64,000 nt of DNA, taken from Thermoplasmata archaeon (GTDB taxonomy: Archaea > Thermoplasmatota > Thermoplasmata > Lutacidiplasmatales > UBA184). The translations under genes and the position numbers were made by a program. Where the stretch lies: positions 17,138 through 81,137 of the forward strand of contig JAKIWG010000001.1 of the NCBI GenBank assembly GCA_022750155.1, in the 5' to 3' direction. Below, in pieces: positions 1 through 9,739 of this stretch; the stretch's first letter is position 1, and each line of letters begins with the position of its first letter. The notes below the pieces were generated by a model, which saw only the letters and a list, made by a program, of their open reading frames with translations, had not been told where the DNA came from and made no database searches.

Positions 1-91
1 GGATGGGCGGGTAGGGGGGCGGGGCACCCCCCGCGTGCCAATGAAGCATGAACCTTTATCCGAACCCCTCCGGTAATTCCACGGGCAGACG

Positions 92-508
92 ATGACCGAG
101 ACGCGCGAACAGGCCCAGATGCGCCAACACTGGTCGGAGATGCGCCAAGCGGCCTCCGGCCTCGGCAAGGATTTCTCCATCGAGCTGAGGCACCTCGAGC
201 GGAACATCGAGAAGCTCGGGACGGTCACCGGCAAGGAGGGAAAGTACCTCCTGTACGATATCCAGGACGAGGCCGCGCGCCTCCGACGGTCGATCGAGAC
301 CGAGGCCCGCGCCTTCCCCGGTCGAGTCGCCAATGCCGTCAGCGATGTCGGGGAGCGGATCCAGGACGGGGCTTCGCGCGTCGGCGGGGCCACCCGGGAT
401 GTCCTCGAGAGCGCCGGCAAGAAGGCCAAGGACGGGACGAGGAACGCCTTCGCCACCGCCGCCGGGGTCAAGCGGACCCCGATGCGGGAGTGGAAGCCGG
501 ACCCGTAG
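92..508 (+). CDS. hypothetical small charged/helical protein
   Basis: 138-aa ORF with balanced K/E/I/L composition (MTETREQAQMRQHW...). The overlapping antisense ORF 56..565 is R/G/P-rich by contrast. No family recognised. Confidence 0.45.
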   Translation: MTETREQAQMRQHWSEMRQAASGLGKDFSIELRHLERNIEKLGTVTGKEGKYLLYDIQDEAARLRRSIETEARAFPGRVANAVSDVGERIQDGASRVGGATRDVLESAGKKAKDGTRNAFATAAGVKRTPMREWKPDP

Positions 509-613
509 GTCTGCGCCGCGGGCCACTCGGCCGGGGACCGCCCGATAGGGCGGCGGGGTCGCCACACAACGTTATTCCCCCGCCACGCCGGTAGGGATTC
601 CACCGGGGGGACG

Positions 614-1897
614 ATGACGGCCGGGGCGATCGCCGAGTGGCACCCGCTGAGGCGGGTCGTCGTCCGACCGCCGGGGATGGAGGCGTTCTTCGGGCTCCTC
701 GAGCCGTACACGAGCCTGTACGAGCGCGTCTTCTCCCTCCAGAAGGCCCGTCGAGAGCATGAGGAGCTCGTCGAGACCCTGCGGACCGGGTTCGGCGTGC
801 ACGTCCAGCTCCTCGACCAGCTCCTCCTCCAGGCGGCCGGCCGCCACAAGGCGGTCGCCACCGAGCTCATCGACCGGGTCGTGGAGACCGTCACGTTCGG
901 GGGGCCGGGTGCGGCTCGCGCCCGCCGGGAGTTCCGGGAGACCGCCCGGCACCTCGACGGGGAGCAACTGATCCAGACCCTCATCCTCGCCCCGTCGCTC
1001 CGCTTCGAGCGCGGACGCGGCGCCCGGTCCGTGTCGAGCTATACGACCCTGCACGTGCCGTTGACCAACCTGTTCTTCCTCCGGGACCAGCAGGCGGTGA
1101 CCGACCGGGGGATCGTCGTCGGACGGCTCGCCAAGCCCCAACGCCGCCGCGAGACCGAGATCACCACCTTCGCCTGGACCGCCTCGGGCGAACGGCCGGT
1201 GATGCGCGTCGAATCCGGGACGTTCGAGGGGGGGGACTTCCTGCCGGCCGGCGAGTTCGCGCTCGTCGGGACCGGCGACCGGACCAACGCCACGGGGGTC
1301 GCCGAGGTCCTCGCGCACGGGCTCGGGGTCCCGGAGGTGGGCGTGGTGCACCAGCCCCGGCACCCGCTCCTCCCGACCGCCGACCCGATGGTCAACATGC
1401 ACCTCGACACGTACCTCAATTTTCCGGGTGACGGGATCGCCGTCGGGTACCGGGAGATGCTCGAGGCCGCCCGGGTGGAGGTCTACCTGCGCGACGGGGG
1501 GGTCTACCGGCGCTCCCACGAGACCCGGCTCCTCCCGTACCTGGAGAAGGCGCACGGGTTCCGGGTCATCGGGATCTCCACGCTCGAGCAGCTGTGCTAC
1601 GCCACGAACTTTCTCACCATCCGCGACCGGTCGATCGTGGTGCCGGACGTGGGCCGCAACGCGGAGCGCGTCCTCGCCCGGCTGCGGGGGGAAGCGGAAC
1701 GAAGGCCGGCGCGCTACCACCGGCTGTACTTGCGCGCGGCCCGGGAGTTCGGCGAGCTGCGGGCCGAGGGCGGGTTCTTCCCGAACAAGCGGGCCGCGAA
1801 GGAGCTCGGACTGCAGAGCGTGCAGGTCCCGCTGGAGAACCTGACCGGGGCCTTCGGCGGGGCGCACTGCCTGACGGCCGCGCTGGAACGGGGCTAA
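614..1897 (+). CDS. arginine deiminase-like enzyme (guanidino-group-modifying / amidinotransferase fold)
   Basis: 427 aa. The N-terminus resembles ArcA (LRRVVVRPPGMEAF...AREHEELVETLR). Internal GGDFLP and HLDTYLN motifs, and a C-terminal catalytic-Cys motif FGGAHCLTAAL. Confidence 0.6.
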   Translation: MTAGAIAEWHPLRRVVVRPPGMEAFFGLLEPYTSLYERVFSLQKARREHEELVETLRTGFGVHVQLLDQLLLQAAGRHKAVATELIDRVVETVTFGGPGAARARREFRETARHLDGEQLIQTLILAPSLRFERGRGARSVSSYTTLHVPLTNLFFLRDQQAVTDRGIVVGRLAKPQRRRETEITTFAWTASGERPVMRVESGTFEGGDFLPAGEFALVGTGDRTNATGVAEVLAHGLGVPEVGVVHQPRHPLLPTADPMVNMHLDTYLNFPGDGIAVGYREMLEAARVEVYLRDGGVYRRSHETRLLPYLEKAHGFRVIGISTLEQLCYATNFLTIRDRSIVVPDVGRNAERVLARLRGEAERRPARYHRLYLRAAREFGELRAEGGFFPNKRAAKELGLQSVQVPLENLTGAFGGAHCLTAALERG

Positions 1898-2274
1898 TCG
1901 ATCAGCGTGCGGGGGGGGCGAGCTGGCGCCCGAACCCCTCTTCCGGGGTCGCGCCGCTCGATAGCGCCGAGGTCAGCCGGACGAGCGCGCGGGGCGATGG
2001 GGCCGGTCGCGCCCCCGTCAGCCGCTCCTCCATGGCCGTCAGCAGCCGGCGGCGCTGCCGTTCCGAAAGCCTCTGCAATAGGGAGAGGTCGGTCGCTTCC
2101 ACCGCTTCCCGGACGACCTTGAGGAGCGGAGCCTCGTGGGACGGCTCGAGCGTGGGCTCCACCTGGAGGCGGAGGAACCGGCACGCTTCCCGGTCGATCG
2201 GGCCGACCGAGGACGATGCGCTTCCCAACCCGATCCCGTCCCGCGGTGGCGTTGGGGGGAAATCGGCCGGTCCG

Positions 2275-3216
2275 CTACTTAACCGTGGGGCTTCGGCGGG
2301 GGCGGGTCGGGCCGACGGGTGTCGGCCGGGCGACACCCTCGGGCCGCCAGCCCTCCGCCAACAGCCGGTCGCGCGCCACCCCGAGGTACCCCGCGTCGAG
2401 ATCGATCCCGGTGAAAGGGACCCCCAGCCGCGCCGCCGCGAGGGCCGAGGCCCCGATACCCAGGAACGGGTCGAGCGCGAGTCGGATCGAGGCGAGCCCA
2501 TGCAGCTTCAGGCAGCGCTCCGGGAGCTCGGTGGGGAACGCGGCCGGATGGGGCCGGTCGGTCGTCCTGCGTCGGATCGTGGGATACGGCAGGAACCAGG
2601 TGTTCCCCCGGCAGCGGAGGTCCGATGCGCTGCCCTTCCAACGGCGGACGTTGCTCTTGTCCTGGTAGGGCACGCCGACCGCCAGCCGGTCGAGCAGGAC
2701 GTCCCCCCGGTGCGAGAAATGGAAGACGTACTCGTGGGCACTGTGGAGATACCGGCGGGAGCCGACCGGCTTGTAGTGCCCGACGGCCAGGTCGCGGTCC
2801 AGTCCCGCGAGCGCTCCGGCCGAAGCCCGGTCGATGACGATCGACTTGACCCAGTGGAGCACGTTCTGAAGGACGAGGTGCCGCCCGACCTCCCGGGCCA
2901 CGTCCCAGGGGAGCCAGGGGTCGCGGGGCGGGCCCCCGACGTTGAGGAAGAACGACCCGCCCTCCGAGAGCACGCGTCCCACCTCCTTCCCGACCCGGCC
3001 GCACCACCGGAGGTACTCGGCCCTCGGGCGGTCGTCCCGATAGGTGGAGTACCGGACCCCGAGGTTGTATGGCGGCGAGGTGACCACGACGTCGACCGAA
3101 CCGTCGGTCAGGAGGCGGGGCATCAGGGCGAGGCAGTCGGCGCGGTAGAGGGTGATGGGGGTCTTCTCGCCGTGCACGAGGCGGGAGTACGGCTGCGGAC
3201 CCCGTCGCTCCGCCAC
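2275..3216 (-). CDS. DNA methyltransferase, N4-cytosine/N6-adenine (PF01555-like, beta class)
   Basis: Catalytic motif VVTSPPYN near the N-terminus and AdoMet-binding motif DPFLGIGAS near the C-terminus. No adjacent nuclease recognised. Confidence 0.85.
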   Translation of the reverse strand: MAERRGPQPYSRLVHGEKTPITLYRADCLALMPRLLTDGSVDVVVTSPPYNLGVRYSTYRDDRPRAEYLRWCGRVGKEVGRVLSEGGSFFLNVGGPPRDPWLPWDVAREVGRHLVLQNVLHWVKSIVIDRASAGALAGLDRDLAVGHYKPVGSRRYLHSAHEYVFHFSHRGDVLLDRLAVGVPYQDKSNVRRWKGSASDLRCRGNTWFLPYPTIRRRTTDRPHPAAFPTELPERCLKLHGLASIRLALDPFLGIGASALAAARLGVPFTGIDLDAGYLGVARDRLLAEGWRPEGVARPTPVGPTRPRRSPTVK

Positions 3217-3279
3217 ACGGGCGCACCGGGCGTGTCGCCCAAAAGCTGAGCGATACGCGCCCCGGGGGGCGGGGCCCGG

Positions 3280-5031
3280 TTACGAGCGGCCGGGGGTCTT
3301 GGACGCGGCGATCTCGGCGCGCGCTTCGGCGAGGGCCTTCTCCGGTTCCTTGTAATAGAAGGAGACGAGCCGACCGACGTCGCGGTGGGTGAACGGCTTC
3401 TGGCGCGTCGCCTGCCCCTCCCTCCACTGGAGGTACTCGAGCATCTCGACGCGGTTTCGCACCTCCCGCTCCATCTCCTTCATCGTCCAGTTCTTCATGA
3501 TCGCGACGCGCTCGTAGACGTAGGAGTGCCCGCTGAACAGGAACGTGTCGTCGGCGGCGTTCCACGAGTAGACGGAGTTCGTGATGAGCTCGTTCGTCTC
3601 CGGGTCGAGGCCGACGATCTCCGTCAGGGACTGCACACGCCGGGTCATCTTCGTGCCGACCTTCACCTGGCGCTGGAGCAGCACCAGGTTGAGCGCGCTC
3701 ACCAGCGAGCGGGGGAGGGAGATCGGCGGGTTCTCCATCCGATGGACCATCGCCGAGACGCTTTCCGCGTGAAAGGTCGTGTAGCAGGTCTTGCCGGTCG
3801 CCATCGCCTGGAAGACGATGAACGCCTCGGCGCCCCGCACCTCCCCGACCATCAGGTACTGGGGGCGCTGGCGCAGCGCCGCCGCGAGCAGGTCGAACAT
3901 GTCGATCTCGCCCGGCGCCTTCCCGCTCGTGATGTTCTTCGCCCCGAACCCGGCCCGGGTGAGCGAGGGGACCCAGTTCTCGTGGGGGAGGTTCAGCTCG
4001 CGCGTGTCCTCGATCGAGACGATCTTCATCTGGGGGGGGATGAACAATAGCGTCGCGTTGAGCGTCGTGGTCTTGCCGCTCGCCGTGCCGCCGCAGACCA
4101 TCATCGACTGGCCCGTCTCGATGGCGATCCACAGGTACGCCATCATGTCCGGGCTCATCGTGCGGAACTTCAGCAGGTCGACTGGGGTGAACGGGTTGTC
4201 GCGGAACCGACGGATGGTGAAGGAGCTCCCGCGCTTGGTGACGTGCTTTCCCAGCGTCGCCTGCAGGCGCGAGCCGTCCGGCACGGTGGCGTCCAGCATC
4301 GGGGTCGCCACCGAGATGTGCTTGCCGGAGCGCTGGGCGAGCCAGACGACGTAGCTGTCGAGCTCCTCGGCGGAGCCGAACTTGAGGTTCGAGCGGATGG
4401 AGCCGTACTTCCGGTGATAGATGTAGAGCGGGATCCCCACCCCGTCGCACGAGATGTCCTCGACCTCGCTGTCGGTCATCGGCACGTCGACGATCCCGTA
4501 GCCGATGAAGTTCCTCTCGAGGTAGTAGACGATCCGGCCCTTCGTCGTCTGGCTCGGGGAGATCTCCCAGGCCTGGAACTGGTCGTCGACCATGCGGCGC
4601 AGCTCGCGACGCTTGGTCTCCGGGTCGAGCTCCGGCAGCGGCTCGAAGGCGTCGACGAGGACGACCTTCAGCCGGTCGAGGAGCTCCTTCTCGATGGGGG
4701 AGAGGGGCGGCTCGATGACCTCGTACAGGTGCTCGTTGTGGGTGTTGTGGTAGGTGATGCGGACGAAGGAGAAGTTCTCCCGGATGGGGGCCAGCTCGAG
4801 CTCCTTGAGCTCCGGGTCGTCGAGCGGGGGGACGGGGGTGACCGGTCCCTCGCTCCCCTGGCCGGAGACGCCGAGGCGGGCGAGCTTGACGGCCCTCGGG
4901 TCGGCGGTCCCCTTCCGCATGGCGGCACCGACCTTCAGCCACGTCGGGAAGCGGCCGCTCCCCCGGCGCGGGGTGGACGAGCCCGGGTATTCGGATTCGG
5001 GGATGAGGACCGGTTCCGCTTCGCCTGCCAT
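3280..5031 (-). CDS. archaeal type IV pilus/secretion ATPase (FlaI/TadA/VirB11 family), copy 2
   Basis: 583 aa. Walker A GGTASGKTTTLNA, EDTRELNLPHENW, and Walker B/His-box region MVGEVRG...TFHA. Last gene of the pilus operon. Confidence 0.9.
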   Translation of the reverse strand: MAGEAEPVLIPESEYPGSSTPRRGSGRFPTWLKVGAAMRKGTADPRAVKLARLGVSGQGSEGPVTPVPPLDDPELKELELAPIRENFSFVRITYHNTHNEHLYEVIEPPLSPIEKELLDRLKVVLVDAFEPLPELDPETKRRELRRMVDDQFQAWEISPSQTTKGRIVYYLERNFIGYGIVDVPMTDSEVEDISCDGVGIPLYIYHRKYGSIRSNLKFGSAEELDSYVVWLAQRSGKHISVATPMLDATVPDGSRLQATLGKHVTKRGSSFTIRRFRDNPFTPVDLLKFRTMSPDMMAYLWIAIETGQSMMVCGGTASGKTTTLNATLLFIPPQMKIVSIEDTRELNLPHENWVPSLTRAGFGAKNITSGKAPGEIDMFDLLAAALRQRPQYLMVGEVRGAEAFIVFQAMATGKTCYTTFHAESVSAMVHRMENPPISLPRSLVSALNLVLLQRQVKVGTKMTRRVQSLTEIVGLDPETNELITNSVYSWNAADDTFLFSGHSYVYERVAIMKNWTMKEMEREVRNRVEMLEYLQWREGQATRQKPFTHRDVGRLVSFYYKEPEKALAEARAEIAASKTPGRS

Positions 5032-5043
5032 GTTCCATTCCTC

Positions 5044-6018
5044 CTAGGTCGAGAGCGGCGGGACCACGAAGCGCATGATCGCCCAGCCGGTCACGAGCAT
5101 GATCGTCGCGTGCTGCATCCCGTCGGCCAAACGGCCGTTGAACAGTACCCCGGCCATGATCCCGTCCCCCACCGCGTGGACGATGACGGCGACCATGAAC
5201 GCGATGAACAATACCGGGACGAAGGTGAACTGCAGGCTGACGGCTCCGCTGCTCCCCAGGTTGGAGGTGGAGATCCCCTTCCCGGCGAGGATCATCTGCG
5301 GCAGGAAGACCGCCGCCATGATGTAGATCGTGACGAGGAACACGAAGAACGCGATGTAGATGACCGTCACGTAGGTGAGCATCGAGATCTGCCGAGCCTG
5401 CATCGAGAGCTGGACCTCGCGGGTGTCGTGGGCGACCATCGTCAGCACGTCGGCGACGTTGCCCCCGGCCTCGTTGGCGCGGGTGATGATCGACACGACG
5501 CGCCCGACGAGCGGGGTCGGCACGCGCTGCTCGAACAGGGTAAGGGCCGTAGCGACCGGGACCCCCCACTCGAGCTGGCTCGCCATCTTCTTGATCTCCT
5601 CGGTGAGGAGGCCGTAGCGGCCCCGGCTGGCGACGATGATCGCGTCCGGCAGCGTCATGCCGAAGCGGCCGGCCTCGGCGACGTCCCGAAGGAAGTCCGG
5701 CAGCCGGTCCTCGATCTTCTGGATGCGGCGCAGTTTCGCGCTCGCCACGAACCCGTACGGGCCGAGGACGGCGAGCAGGCCGAGGACGATGAAATCGAGC
5801 CCGGGATTCCAGCCGCCGCCCTCTCCGGGCCGGATCTCCCAGTCGACGGAGCCGAGGACGTTGAGCGCCGCGATGAGGAAGAGCACGGCCCCGGCGGCGG
5901 TGCCGATGAGGAGGACGATCGTCTCCTTCGGGAGGCTCGGGGTCTCCGCCGATTTCCCCAGCTGGGGGACGAGGGTGCGGTGGGCGACGGCGGAGGAGGA
6001 GGCGCTCGCCGACGCCAT
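5044..6018 (-). CDS. TadC/FlaJ-like polytopic membrane platform protein (T2SS-F domain)
   Basis: Start set at the internal ATG (MASASASSSAV...), which overlaps the upstream stop (TGATG). The R/G/P-rich N-terminal 280 aa of track ORF 5044..6864 overlap gene 6018..7004 in another frame. Multiple TM helices and a T2SS-F-like soluble domain (PDFLRDVAEAGRFGMTL). Confidence 0.8.
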   Translation of the reverse strand: MASASASSSAVAHRTLVPQLGKSAETPSLPKETIVLLIGTAAGAVLFLIAALNVLGSVDWEIRPGEGGGWNPGLDFIVLGLLAVLGPYGFVASAKLRRIQKIEDRLPDFLRDVAEAGRFGMTLPDAIIVASRGRYGLLTEEIKKMASQLEWGVPVATALTLFEQRVPTPLVGRVVSIITRANEAGGNVADVLTMVAHDTREVQLSMQARQISMLTYVTVIYIAFFVFLVTIYIMAAVFLPQMILAGKGISTSNLGSSGAVSLQFTFVPVLFIAFMVAVIVHAVGDGIMAGVLFNGRLADGMQHATIMLVTGWAIMRFVVPPLST

Positions 6019-7004
6019 CAGATCTCCTGCGCGAGGCTGTACATGAAGAAAATGAACCCGACCTGGGACATCGGGATCATGAGCCCGACGATCGCGTAGA
6101 GGATCTCGATCATGAAGGCGCCGCTGCCGCCGATGATCGCGAAGATGGCGATGATGATGACCAGGAACAGCGGGAAGGCGACGACGACGGTGACGAACGT
6201 CTCGGCGAGCAACCCCATCGTCTCCACGCGCTGCAGGCTCTCGAGCTTGTTCTCGCGCTCGTACTGCTCGGCCTTGACCAGGAAGTACGGCTTGAGCTGC
6301 CCGCCGGAGGTCGCCGTCGTGACGACGCCCTGCAGGAAGTCCTGGAAGCGCTTGGAGGGGGTGCGCGCGGCCCCGTTCTTGATCGCCGTCAGGATATCGA
6401 CCCCGAGGAGCTCGGTGTCGCGCGTGATCCACGCGGCCTCCTCGGCGACGTCCCCGTAGATCTTCTGCTTGGAGAGCTCCTTGAAGATCTGGTCGATGTT
6501 GACGTCGGCCGACGCCATCGCCGAGACGAAGCTCATCGAGGCGGAGATCCTCCGGTCGATGTTCTTCCCGCGGGAGGACGCCTTCGATCCGGGGAGCCCC
6601 CGCAGCACCATGAAGGCCCCGAGGCTGCCGCCGACGGGGATGACGACCCCGAGGACGGCCCCGACGAGCAGGGAGCCGCCCGTGGCGGCCAGCAGGGCGA
6701 CGATCCCGCCGACGACGGCGAGCGCGGCGGCCGCGATCAGGGTCGTCGCGTAGACCTTCGCCATGTACTCGTCGGCGCGGATGCGCATGTGCGCCTTGAC
6801 CAGGTTGTCCTCGAGCGTGGGGTCCTGGGGCTTCGCGGTCACGCGGTCCCGGAACGTCCTCCACGCGAACTGCTCGAAGGGGGTGAGCGGGGAGTGCGTC
6901 GGCTGGGCTCCGCGCTTGACCCGTACGGTCCGGGCCGCTTCGGCGAGCGGCTTGGGGCGGCCGTCGGCCGCCGGGCGCAGCGCCGGCAGGGTAACGCTCG
7001 CCAT
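6018..7004 (-). CDS. TadB/FlaJ-like polytopic membrane platform protein (T2SS-F domain)
   Basis: 328 aa with TM helices flanking a soluble helical domain (SMSFVSAMASADVNIDQIFKEL). Abuts the upstream ATPase stop. Confidence 0.8.
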   Translation of the reverse strand: MASVTLPALRPAADGRPKPLAEAARTVRVKRGAQPTHSPLTPFEQFAWRTFRDRVTAKPQDPTLEDNLVKAHMRIRADEYMAKVYATTLIAAAALAVVGGIVALLAATGGSLLVGAVLGVVIPVGGSLGAFMVLRGLPGSKASSRGKNIDRRISASMSFVSAMASADVNIDQIFKELSKQKIYGDVAEEAAWITRDTELLGVDILTAIKNGAARTPSKRFQDFLQGVVTTATSGGQLKPYFLVKAEQYERENKLESLQRVETMGLLAETFVTVVVAFPLFLVIIIAIFAIIGGSGAFMIEILYAIVGLMIPMSQVGFIFFMYSLAQEI

Positions 7005-8654
7005 CTACTCGGCCTCCTTCGGGAGAGGCAGCTGGATGCGCTCCATGACCTCTTTCGGGTCCTTGTAGTAGGCCGTCACGAGCTTCCAGAGCTGCCGGTA
7101 ATCGTTGATCTTGGCCGCGGCGAGGTAGTGGACGACAGCGACGCGTCGCTGGAACTCCGCGTCCATCTCGTCATGGGTGAGGTTCTTCAGCTCCATGATC
7201 TTGTCAAAGAGGAAGGAGTGGCCCTTGAACACGAACCGGTCCGTCCCCGGCTCCCATTCGTAGACGGTGTTCGTGATGAGCTCATTCGTCTCGGGTTCGA
7301 ACCCGACGATCTCGAGCACCTGCTTGAGGCGCCGGACGACCCCCTTGTCGGTCCGGGCCTGGATCTGGATGATGACGTTGTTGAGGGCCGAGAGCAGGAT
7401 CCTCGGGGTGTTGATCGGGGGGTTCTCGAGCCGGTTGACCATCGATTTCACGCTGTCGGCGTGCATCGTGGAGTAGGTCGTGTGGCCCGTGGCCATCGCC
7501 TGGAACATCGTGTAGGTCTCCTTGCCCCGGACCTCCCCGACGATGATGTAGTTCGGGCGCTGCCGCAGCGCGGCGCGGACGAGGTCGAACATGTCGACCT
7601 CCCCGGCGGCCTTCCCGTCCGGGCCCCGGTCTCCGGTGCCGCTGCGCGTCGCACCGGGGATCCAGTTCTCGTGCGGGAGGTTGACCTCCCGGGTGTCCTC
7701 GATCGAGACGATCTTGGAGGTCGGGGGGATGAACAGGGCGATGGCGTTGAGGGTGCTCGTCTTCCCCGCGGCCGGACCCCCGCAGATGATGAGCGACTCC
7801 CCCTGCTCGGCCGCGAGCCAGAAGTAGGCGATCATCTCCTCGCTCGCGCTGCCGGTCAGGACCAGGTCGACCGGGGTGAACGGCTTCTCCTTGAACCGTC
7901 GGATCGTGAAGCTTGCGCCCCGTGTCGTGATCTCCCGGGCGTACGTCGCCTGGACCCGGTGCCCCTCGGGCGTGGTGCCGTCGAGGATCGGGGCGGAGAC
8001 GGAAACGGCCTTTCCGCAACGCTGGCCGAGCGCGACGATGAACGAGTTGAGCGAGTCCTCGTCGGAGAAGACGACGCTGGTCTTGACCGACTCGTAGCGG
8101 CCATGGTAGATGAACAGCGGGACATCGACCCCGTCGCAGGAGATGTCCTCCACCAGCGGGTCGAGGATCAGGGCATCGATCGGCCCGTATCCGACGAAAT
8201 CGCGCTGGATGTAGTAGACGATCCGCTCGGTGGAGAGCGGGCTCAAGGTGATCTGGCGGGTCCGGAAGTACTCCTCGACCTCGCCTCGCAGGTAGGACTT
8301 CTTCTCGCCGGAGGTCAGCGTCGAGGTCTCCGAGCCCAGGATCTTGGCGAGGGTGACCTTCAGGTGGGTCACCAGCTCCGCCTCGTGACGGGAGAGCTGG
8401 GGTTCGATCACCTCGTACAGGTACTCCTTGGTGCGGTCGTTGTAGCTGATCCGGGAGTACGAGTACGGCGGGTTCACGGCCGCGACCTCGAGCTCCTTCA
8501 TCTCGACCTCGGCGAGCGCGGGCATCGCGGTGATGAACGTCCCCGGCACGTCGGTCGTGGATTCGGCGGAGGAGGTCGCGTTCGCCGCCGTCAGCGGGTT
8601 CGACTCGGCGGGCGCGGCACGCGGGATCTTCACCCGGAACGAGGTGCTCCCCAT
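7005..8654 (-). CDS. archaeal type IV pilus/secretion ATPase (FlaI/TadA/VirB11 family), copy 1
   Basis: 549 aa. Walker A GGPAAGKTSTLNA, EDTREVNLPHENW and IVGEVRG...TMHA. Clear paralog of 3280..5031. Confidence 0.9.
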   Translation of the reverse strand: MGSTSFRVKIPRAAPAESNPLTAANATSSAESTTDVPGTFITAMPALAEVEMKELEVAAVNPPYSYSRISYNDRTKEYLYEVIEPQLSRHEAELVTHLKVTLAKILGSETSTLTSGEKKSYLRGEVEEYFRTRQITLSPLSTERIVYYIQRDFVGYGPIDALILDPLVEDISCDGVDVPLFIYHGRYESVKTSVVFSDEDSLNSFIVALGQRCGKAVSVSAPILDGTTPEGHRVQATYAREITTRGASFTIRRFKEKPFTPVDLVLTGSASEEMIAYFWLAAEQGESLIICGGPAAGKTSTLNAIALFIPPTSKIVSIEDTREVNLPHENWIPGATRSGTGDRGPDGKAAGEVDMFDLVRAALRQRPNYIIVGEVRGKETYTMFQAMATGHTTYSTMHADSVKSMVNRLENPPINTPRILLSALNNVIIQIQARTDKGVVRRLKQVLEIVGFEPETNELITNTVYEWEPGTDRFVFKGHSFLFDKIMELKNLTHDEMDAEFQRRVAVVHYLAAAKINDYRQLWKLVTAYYKDPKEVMERIQLPLPKEAE

Positions 8655-8657
8655 GGC

Positions 8658-9587
8658 CTACTCCACCCCGACGCCGACGACGACGCTGAACTGCGCCACC
8701 ACGAGCGTGAAGGAGTTCACGCTGTTGAAGTTCAGGCGGACCGGGTGGGCGAAGCCGTTGGACGCCGTGCAGGTGGAGGGCGTGAGCGTGTAGTGGGCCG
8801 CCCCCAGGCCCGAGTTCCTCAGGGTGGTGGACAGGAACGTCGACCAGGCGCACGGGAAATGGGTCCCGATCTGGAACACCGCCGCGAACGGGGCGGCCCG
8901 GACGGTGGTGAACGACTGGGTGTTGATGAAGTGCGAGTAGACCTCCTGCGAGCCGCTTGAGACCGTTTGCGACGCGTTGCCGTACATCTGGAGGAGGACC
9001 AAGGTCACCCCGGTCTGGTTCCCGGTGACGTTGATCGTGATCGGTGGGGGGTAGGCGAGGATCTGGTGGGTGTCCGACTGGCTCTCGATCACCGCGTCGT
9101 CCTCGTACTCGAACACCTCCGGGGAGTAGTAGCGGTTGGGGAGCTGGACCTGGAGCGTGCCGAGCGAGAAGTTCTGGTAGAATGCAGGTCCTCCTCCGGG
9201 GCCGACGCTCACCGAGACATTGGCGTAGACACCGGGCTGGCTGGGGATGAAGTTCATGATGGCGGTGGTAGGCTGGGCGATCAGGGGGATCCCCTGCGAC
9301 GCCATGACGAAGGGGGTGGCGAAGACGGGCGGGCTGCCGAGGGCGACCTGGGTGTCCATGTTCGACTTCAGATCGGCGAAGGAGACCTGGGCTTGGGCGG
9401 TGAACTGGGATTCGTTGTCGGTCATCCAGAGCGGCACGTACTGGGTCAGGAAGATCCCGAAGAGCGCGAAGAAGACGAGCAGGGCCAGCAGGGTGCCGAC
9501 GACCGACACCACGCCCCTGCGGTCGTCGCGCAATCGACGGGCACGGCGATAGCGCCGCCCGTCGGCTGGACCGAAAGCACTCCCCAT
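8658..9587 (-). CDS. archaeal type IV pilin-like protein (class III signal peptide)
   Basis: The N-terminus RRG|VVSVVGTLLALLVFFALFGIF matches the archaeal prepilin (K/R)G-cleavage site plus hydrophobic helix. First gene of the operon, 3 nt upstream of the ATPase. Confidence 0.6.
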   Translation of the reverse strand: MGSAFGPADGRRYRRARRLRDDRRGVVSVVGTLLALLVFFALFGIFLTQYVPLWMTDNESQFTAQAQVSFADLKSNMDTQVALGSPPVFATPFVMASQGIPLIAQPTTAIMNFIPSQPGVYANVSVSVGPGGGPAFYQNFSLGTLQVQLPNRYYSPEVFEYEDDAVIESQSDTHQILAYPPPITINVTGNQTGVTLVLLQMYGNASQTVSSGSQEVYSHFINTQSFTTVRAAPFAAVFQIGTHFPCAWSTFLSTTLRNSGLGAAHYTLTPSTCTASNGFAHPVRLNFNSVNSFTLVVAQFSVVVGVGVE

Positions 9588-9739
9588 GACGTGGACCGCC
9601 CGGGGCCGAACGCCCCAGACAACGAGAATTTAGCCGAGTCCGTGTATAAAAACCCGCGCAGTTGGTGGGTGAGCCGCCCTCGTCCCGGGAGCATTCTTTT
9701 AGGGCGCGGGCGCGTCGGCAGCCCGGGTCTCCCGCGTTC

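Noticed and set aside
33-43. Near-repeat CACCCC(CC/G)GCGTGCCAATG at 25-43 and 24562-24579
   Set aside because: It is a single short pair with an indel. It could be a shared regulatory box, but it is not distinguishable from chance without more copies.
1902-2501. 199-aa minus ORF downstream of the core methyltransferase
   Set aside because: Its upstream half overlaps the methylase in another frame. The C-terminal ~100 aa look protein-like, but only a TTG at about 2228 could serve as a start. Support was too weak to call.
572-3249. Track ORFs 572..1867 (-) and 1594..3249 (+)
   Set aside because: Both are antisense or out-of-frame to the deiminase-like and methyltransferase genes. Their low-complexity R/P/G composition gives no independent support.
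2279-5569. 1096-aa minus-strand ORF spanning the methylase, ATPase and platform genes
   Set aside because: Extremely R/G/P/A/H-rich, with no motifs. It is an off-frame overlap of three genes that have strong family signatures. This is a typical high-GC shadow ORF.
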